This document shows positions 59,141 to 64,000 of a DNA stretch of 64,000 bases, in pieces. The DNA is from Vicinamibacterales bacterium (GTDB taxonomy: Bacteria; Acidobacteriota; Vicinamibacteria; Vicinamibacterales; JAMQPK01). How positions within the stretch are numbered: the stretch's first letter is position 1; every line of letters begins with the position of its first letter. The translations under genes were made by a program, and so were the position numbers. Under the pieces are notes generated by a model. The model did no database searches. It saw only the letters and a program-made list of their open reading frames with translations, and was not told the DNA's origin. Location of the stretch: the NCBI GenBank assembly GCA_963821375.1, contig CAWGDN010000001.1, positions 45,589-109,588 on the forward strand. The letters run 5' to 3'.

Positions 59141-60793
59141 CTAGACGGTTCGCAAATACTGTTGCACCGAGTGGATCGCCGCCGATCCCTCGCCGACGGC
59201 GGCGGCCACGCGCCGGTTGGCGCCAGCTCTCACGTCCCCCGCCGCAAACACACCAGGCATGCTCGTCTCGAACATGAGCGGATCGCGTTCGAGTGTCCAC
59301 CCGCGCGGTGGACGCGGCAGGTCCAGGCCTGTCAGGATGAAGCCGCGCTCGTCCCGCTCGAGCACGCCGGCAAACGGCTCTGACCGCGGCGCCACGCCGA
59401 TGAAAATGAACATCGCCGCCGCATTCAGCGGGCGGATGTCGTCGCTCTGGGTGTCGCGCAGACAGACGTGCTCCAAACGCCCCTGGCCGCCGACGCTGGA
59501 CACCTCAACGCCGGTCAACACCTCGATGTTGTCTACGGCTTTGATGCGGTCGACCAGGTACTGCGACATCGAAGAGCTCAGCCCCGTGCCTCTCACCAGC
59601 ATCGTCACCTTGCGCGCGTATCGGGAAAAGAAGAGCGCCCCCTGCCCCGCAGAGTTCGCGCCGCCGACGATGCAGACATCCTGCCCCCGGTAAAGTGCTG
59701 CCTCCGACATCGCGGCTCCGTAGTACACGCCGATGCCGAGCAGGGAATCGATGCCCGGCACATCCAATCGCCGAACGCTCATGCCTGTCGTAATCACCGC
59801 AGCGTAGCAGGACACCTCGGCACCGCTGGCGAATCGCAGGATCCGGTACGGGTCTTCCCGTCGCAGGCTGATAACTTCCTGCGCGGTCACCAACTCCGCG
59901 CCAAAGCGCCTCGCCTGAGCCGCGGCACGCCGCGCAAGGTCGGCGCCGGTAATACCCGAGGGAAAGCCTAGATAGTTTTCGATCAGCGAACTGGTTCCAG
60001 CCTGGCCGCCCGGGGCGCCCTGCTCGACGAGCAGCGTCCGGAGCCCTTCCGACGCCGCATAGAGACCGTTGGCCAGACCAGCCGGCCCACCCCCCACGAC
60101 GACGATGTCGTAGAACGGCAGCTTGGCGCGCGTCTGCAGTCCAACTCTTTCGGCAAGTTGGAGGTTCGTCGGCATCACCAGGTGAACGCCATCGGGAAAC
60201 AACACCACCGGCAAATGCGACGTATCACCCGCGACCGCCGTCACCAGTTCCCGTGCGCTGACATCCTGGTCGATGTCCAGCCACTGGTAAGGCACCTGGC
60301 TGAGCGACAGAAACTCACGCACGGTGTAGCTTTGCGGCGACCATCGCGATCCGGCAATGCGGATGCCGTCATAGGGCAGGCGCACGCGCATCGCCCACGC
60401 CGACAGCAGCTCGTCCAGCACGGGAAAGAGCCGCTGCGCGGGGGGATGCCATGGCTTCATCAGGTAGTGGTCGAGCCCGACTTCATTGATAGCCGCGATG
60501 GCTGCGTCGGTGTCGGCATAGGCAGTGAGCAGCACCTTGCACGCGTCGGGATACAGCTTGCGCAGTTCGCACAGCGTCTGAGTTCCCGTCATCAACGGCA
60601 TGCGTTGGTCTACCAGGAAAAGCGCGACAGGGATTCCACGTCCCTTGAACTGGACGGCAGCGTCGATGGCTTCACGCCCCGATCCAGCCGCGACGATGCG
60701 ATACTCCGCGCCGTACTGGCGGCGCAGGTCGCGGCCAAGGGCCGCGAGCACCTCAGGGTCATCGTCCACGGTCATGATGATGGGCTTGGCCAT
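59141..60793 (-). CDS. Fused response regulator (REC) - glutaredoxin-like domain - thioredoxin-reductase-like flavoprotein
   Basis: REC region: IMTVDDDPEVL...LFLVDQRMPLMTG...LMKPW. FAD motif: YDIVVVGGGPAGL. NAD(P)H motif: VCIVGGANSAGQ. C-terminal FAAGDVR. The TrxR CxxC position reads GVYYGAAMSEAALY (59690-59731). Confidence 0.85.
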   Translation of the reverse strand: MAKPIIMTVDDDPEVLAALGRDLRRQYGAEYRIVAAGSGREAIDAAVQFKGRGIPVALFLVDQRMPLMTGTQTLCELRKLYPDACKVLLTAYADTDAAIAAINEVGLDHYLMKPWHPPAQRLFPVLDELLSAWAMRVRLPYDGIRIAGSRWSPQSYTVREFLSLSQVPYQWLDIDQDVSARELVTAVAGDTSHLPVVLFPDGVHLVMPTNLQLAERVGLQTRAKLPFYDIVVVGGGPAGLANGLYAASEGLRTLLVEQGAPGGQAGTSSLIENYLGFPSGITGADLARRAAAQARRFGAELVTAQEVISLRREDPYRILRFASGAEVSCYAAVITTGMSVRRLDVPGIDSLLGIGVYYGAAMSEAALYRGQDVCIVGGANSAGQGALFFSRYARKVTMLVRGTGLSSSMSQYLVDRIKAVDNIEVLTGVEVSSVGGQGRLEHVCLRDTQSDDIRPLNAAAMFIFIGVAPRSEPFAGVLERDERGFILTGLDLPRPPRGWTLERDPLMFETSMPGVFAAGDVRAGANRRVAAAVGEGSAAIHSVQQYLRTV

Positions 60794-60802
60794 TCCGATG
60801 CC

Positions 60803-62212
60803 CTACGCGCTGGGATCAGCTGAAGGCTCGGCCTGCAGACTGACGTTGAATTCCGTCCGTCCCGGGACAGAGGCAACGGTGATCTCGCCATCATGCTGCC
60901 GCACGAGCTGCCGCGCAATGTCGAGTCCGAGCCCGGTGCCCTGTCCCGAGGGCTTCGTCGTGAAGAATTGATCGAAGATCCTCGGGAGCACGTCGGCCGG
61001 AATCCCCGGCCCGTCGTCGACGAAGGTCACGATGACGCGTGCGCCCTCCCGACGCGCGCTGACCGTCAGATGCCCCGAGATCGGCATCGCATCGAGCGCG
61101 TTGTCGAGCAGATTGAGCCACACCTGATTCAGCTCGCCGCCGGCCGCGCGCACGCGCGGAAGGCCGTCTTCGAGGTCCAGCGTGACGTTCGCGTTTTTGG
61201 TCTTTGTCTTCGAAGAAAGAATGCTGAGCGTATCGCGCAGGCCCTGCCCGACGTCGTTGAACTCTGGCCCGGCCAGGTTGTCCATGAACGTAAAGCGCTT
61301 CACCGCCCCGACCAGATCGTGGATGCGCGTGGCGGCACGCTCGATGGTGGTGGCGAGCGCCCGAGTCTCGCACCTTGCCGTCATCCACTCCAGCGCGGCG
61401 GCCAGCGTGTCACCTGAGGTCAGAGCCGCCAGTTCGTCGAGCGCGGGTATCGTCACCCCGCTCTCCACAATCGCCTCAGCCAGCGATCGATTCATCCCGT
61501 GGCGCCCGAGCCAGCTGGCTACCTCGTCTTCGCGGTCCGCGCGGGCGATCGCCGACAGCCCGGATGTCCCCGTGATTGTGCCTGCATCAGTGCAAGTGCG
61601 GGCAATCGCTTCGAACAAGCGCTCGGATGCGCCTGTCGCCTCCAGCGCACGCACGGCGGCGATAGCGAACTCGACGCTCTCGCGCAAAAGCGTCGCGCTG
61701 CGTGCGGCGGCAGACGCCGGGTTGTTCAGCTCGTGAGCCAGGCCCGCAGCCAGCTTGCCGAGCGACACCATCTTTTCGTCTCGCAGGTCGCTGGTGTTGA
61801 AAACGCGAGCTCGGTCCAGCATGAAGTGCACCGAGCGGGCCGTGAACATGGGACACGCGCACACCATCTCGGGAAAGTACCTCGTGTCGACCGTCAGCAG
61901 CTCGATGTCCGTCTCGCAGCGGCCGGTGCCCGGCGAGCCGGTCATCCGCGAGTACGGAAGCATCCCGGTGATGTCGCCTCGATTCCAGGACACCACGCGG
62001 CGCTCGCCGGAGACCCCATCGACGAACCCGCTGATGCGGCCCGACAACACAATCACCAGCCGATCGATGGGCAATCCCTTTGGGAAGAGCACGGTGCCGG
62101 CGGTGTAAGTCTCGAGCCGGCCGTGGTCGGCGAGCCACTCCAGCTCGGCGGCCGGAACGGATGCAAGTCTTTCGAGTGCCGCCAGCCGTTCAGTCAGCGA
62201 CGCGTTCGGCAT
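60803..62212 (-). CDS. Cyclic-nucleotide-binding-domain sensor histidine kinase (cytoplasmic)
   Basis: N-terminal cNMP-binding-like beta-barrel (YTAGTVLFPKGLPIDRLVIVLSGRI). H-box KLAAGLAHELNNPASAA. N/G boxes LNLLDNALDAM, DDGPGIP, GTGLGLDIARQLV. No TM helices. Confidence 0.85.
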   Translation of the reverse strand: MPNASLTERLAALERLASVPAAELEWLADHGRLETYTAGTVLFPKGLPIDRLVIVLSGRISGFVDGVSGERRVVSWNRGDITGMLPYSRMTGSPGTGRCETDIELLTVDTRYFPEMVCACPMFTARSVHFMLDRARVFNTSDLRDEKMVSLGKLAAGLAHELNNPASAAARSATLLRESVEFAIAAVRALEATGASERLFEAIARTCTDAGTITGTSGLSAIARADREDEVASWLGRHGMNRSLAEAIVESGVTIPALDELAALTSGDTLAAALEWMTARCETRALATTIERAATRIHDLVGAVKRFTFMDNLAGPEFNDVGQGLRDTLSILSSKTKTKNANVTLDLEDGLPRVRAAGGELNQVWLNLLDNALDAMPISGHLTVSARREGARVIVTFVDDGPGIPADVLPRIFDQFFTTKPSGQGTGLGLDIARQLVRQHDGEITVASVPGRTEFNVSLQAEPSADPSA

Positions 62213-62283
62213 GTGCGGCAGCGTCGTTCAAAATCGCGCGCGGGTCAATAGGGTATACTTTCTTGTTCACATCCCCACCGAAC

Positions 62284-62370
62284 GCGGAAGTGGCGGAACT
62301 GGCAGACGCACCAGCTTGAGGGGCTGGCGGTAGCAATACCATAGGAGTTCAAATCTCCTCTTCCGCACCA
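62284..62370 (+). tRNA. tRNA-Leu (anticodon GAG), long variable arm, CCA encoded
   Basis: GCGGAAG acceptor, anticodon arm CCAGC-TTGAGGG-GCTGG, variable hairpin GGTAGCAATACC, T arm GGAG-TTCAAAT-CTCC, CTTCCGC-A-CCA. Confidence 0.95.
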
Positions 62371-62861
62371 ACAATCAAATCAATCGGTTAGTAGGATTGC
62401 ATACGCCCGAATTAGTCGCCATGTGCGAATCTTGTGCGAAAGGAGATCGTCCTCTAGGTCAACGATCGGGGAATCTGACGTAAAGGTCAGCGCATTGAGG
62501 CCCCCTCTCCCAGCCCTCCAATTGATACGTCTTACATAACTGACCAGTCTGAGTGTCTAAGGCAAACGCTGCAAAGGGCACTCCGATCGTATTTGCAGGC
62601 TGGATAGCGACGAGCCGCGCAGCCCCGTTCTGGTCAGCGCGTCGACGTCATTTTTCGTCTGCGTCGATCGGGGCCGATCCCTTGATGGCAAACTCACGGT
62701 CCTTGCGCGCGCGTCGGCGGGCATGGACGTCTTCAGTGCCATATGGAATCGGTTCCACAAGGTGACCGTTTCAGCTAAGGTATGCAGACGTCGTGGGGAA
62801 CTGGAATTGCACATCCGAGATGGCATCGGCGAATAGTCGCGTCGCGAACAGGAGGATGCAT

Positions 62862-63794
62862 ATGAATCGGAGAGATTTTCTCGCTCGCGCAGCCGCCGTT
62901 CCCGTACTGGCGGCCGGGTCATTGACGAGCCCAGCAGCCGCGCAGGGTCCGGCGGCCGTTCGTCCCGCGTCGCCGCTCGGGCGATTGAGTAAGCAAGCGG
63001 TGGCGGTGCGCGCGTTGCTCGGGCCAGGTTCCCTCGAGGAACAGTGCCAACGCGCTCAGCAGATCGGGATCACCGGGTTCGACTTGGCCGACAACCCTGC
63101 GGACTGGCCGACGATGAAGCAGTATGGGCTCATCTGTACGATGTGGCGTCCACTGGACCCTCAGGCACCCCCGGGCGCCCGCGCCGGGACTGGGCGTCCC
63201 GGGTGGGGTGCCATCGGTATGAAAGAAGCGCAGGGCGTCTATCTCGAGGCGTACCACGCCTGCATCGATCAGGCCGCTGCCAGTGGCATCTCCAACATGC
63301 TGCTGCAGACGGGTGTGCGCGGCCCGAATCAATCGTCGGAACAGGGCATGGACAACACTGTGGCGTTCTGCAACGCGGTGAAAGCGCACGCCGAGGACAA
63401 GAACATCACGCTGTGCATGGAGCTGGTGAACTCGAAGGGATTGCAGGGCGGTGTAGGCACGCTCTTCGACCACACTTCCTGGGGGGTCGAGGTCATCAAA
63501 CGCGTGAACTCGCCGCGCGTGAAAATTCTCTATGACGTGTTTCACGCACAAATCATGGAAGGGTTCATCGTCCAGACGATCCGCGACAACATCCAGCACT
63601 TCGCGCACATTCACTTCGGCGGCGTACCGGGCCGGCATGAGCTGGACGAGACTCAGGAACTGAACTATCGCTTCATCGCGCAGGCCATCGCGGATCTGAA
63701 CTTCCAGGGTTACGTCGCCCATGAGTGGCAGGTGACACCCGGCAAAGATCCGTTCGAGATGCTGAAGAAGTCGATGGCGATCATTAATGTCTAG
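62862..63794 (+). CDS. Tat-signal xylose isomerase-like TIM-barrel protein (hydroxypyruvate isomerase/sugar-phosphate epimerase family)
   Basis: RBS aggagg then ATG 62862, giving MNRRDFLARAAAVPVLAAGSL. Motifs LCMELVN, HIHFGGVPGRHE, GYVAHEW. Confidence 0.75.
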   Translation: MNRRDFLARAAAVPVLAAGSLTSPAAAQGPAAVRPASPLGRLSKQAVAVRALLGPGSLEEQCQRAQQIGITGFDLADNPADWPTMKQYGLICTMWRPLDPQAPPGARAGTGRPGWGAIGMKEAQGVYLEAYHACIDQAAASGISNMLLQTGVRGPNQSSEQGMDNTVAFCNAVKAHAEDKNITLCMELVNSKGLQGGVGTLFDHTSWGVEVIKRVNSPRVKILYDVFHAQIMEGFIVQTIRDNIQHFAHIHFGGVPGRHELDETQELNYRFIAQAIADLNFQGYVAHEWQVTPGKDPFEMLKKSMAIINV

Positions 63795-63803
63795 GAGCGG
63801 CAC

Positions 63804-64000
63804 ATGTCGACGATGACACGTAAGCAGTTTCTTGGACGTGTCGCAGCCGGCGCCGCTGCCGCCGCCGTCACGCGCGACTTGCCGCTCGGGGCGGCCGGAC
63901 AGGCCACCGGCCCCGCGGCGGCCCCATCACGCGTGCTCAAGTGGTCATACATGGACCATTGGTCGACCAGGACCTCGCAAGGACTGTCCTCGCCGTATCT
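63804..64000 (+). CDS. Signal-peptide (Tat-like, RK variant) protein, N-terminal fragment only
   Basis: ATG 63804 lies 9 nt after the preceding stop, giving MSTMTRKQFLGRVAAGAAAAAVTRDLPLGAAG. The frame stays open to the window end. Family not assignable. Confidence 0.45.
   Translation, partial: MSTMTRKQFLGRVAAGAAAAAVTRDLPLGAAGQATGPAAAPSRVLKWSYMDHWSTRTSQGLSSPY

Noticed and set aside
59138-59143. secG and the REC-TrxR-like gene abut stop-to-stop (TAG/CTA) with zero spacer, which could suggest a mis-called end or antisense regulation
   Set aside because: Both ORFs have convincing C-termini. Convergent abutting stops occur naturally. No hairpin is present to evaluate, so this is not reported as a finding.
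62557-62922. 121-aa minus-strand ORF and 70-aa plus-strand ORF downstream of tRNA-Leu as genes (for example an integrase remnant)
   Set aside because: No similarity to integrase or recombinase motifs, an Arg/Ser-rich composition, and overlap with the start region of the Tat TIM-barrel gene.

Overview
High-GC (~65%) bacterial chromosomal window. Gene content (CBM9/DUF5916-like barrel, PepSY protein, type III glutamine synthetase, many Sec/Tat-signal TIM-barrel isomerases) suggests an Acidobacteriota/Gemmatimonadota-like soil bacterium; this is inference only. The ORF track translates alternative starts as M (TTG at 2985 and 56713, GTG at 54117), so several starts were re-chosen.

Layout:
- 1-23.5 kb: a very large surface-glycan (O-antigen/EPS-type) locus. 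It holds 1 GT-C, 1 GT2, 6 GT4, a Wzx-like flippase, a Wzy_C/ligase-like protein, a WecA-type initiating transferase with an unusual C-terminal fusion, Gmd plus an RmlD-like reductase, an HldE-like heptose kinase with a degenerate nucleotidyltransferase domain, and six methyltransferase-type genes.
- 23.5-26.6 kb: smpB-pdxA-PSP1/ricT-holB.
- 26.7-47 kb: mixed accessory genes. These are an orphan efflux adaptor, a secreted HpcH-type aldolase, glnN, rsgA, a GT4, an NTF2-like protein, a PepSY protein, a CBM9/DUF5916-like protein, three secreted hydrolases, a Tat TIM-barrel isomerase plus a 633-aa PEPCK/HprK-like P-loop protein, an FN3/YYY-repeat protein and an aldo-keto reductase.
- tRNA-Val and tRNA-Asp.
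- 47.4-55.4 kb: an LPS inner-core/lipid A operon (ICMT-like, GT9, hldC, hldA, gmhB, GT9, lpxL-like, lpxK, waaA).
- gap-pgk-tpiA-secG.
- A cNMP-domain histidine kinase with a REC-glutaredoxin-like-TrxR-like regulator.
- tRNA-Leu and more Tat-signal TIM-barrel genes.

No rRNA, CRISPR, transposase or integrase was found.

Main observations:
- A sharply bounded ~6 kb block (47-53 kb) in which every gene carries many frameshifts but keeps intact catalytic motifs. This is most likely a technical indel patch; otherwise it means wholesale loss of the ADP-heptose pathway. A sparser set of frameshifts lies at 27.9-35.3 kb.
- Intergenic 'word-repeat' palindromic spacers (GACTG/CAGTC, GATTG/CAATC, GTAAGAA) and canonical G-quadruplex motifs sitting on gene junctions.
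- Several unusual domain architectures.

Nothing here can be shown from sequence alone to be a new system. The best candidates for follow-up are the methyltransferase-dense glycan locus with the dead-domain HldE paralogue, the kinase-like/TIM-barrel pair, and the cNMP-HK/REC-TrxR-like pair.
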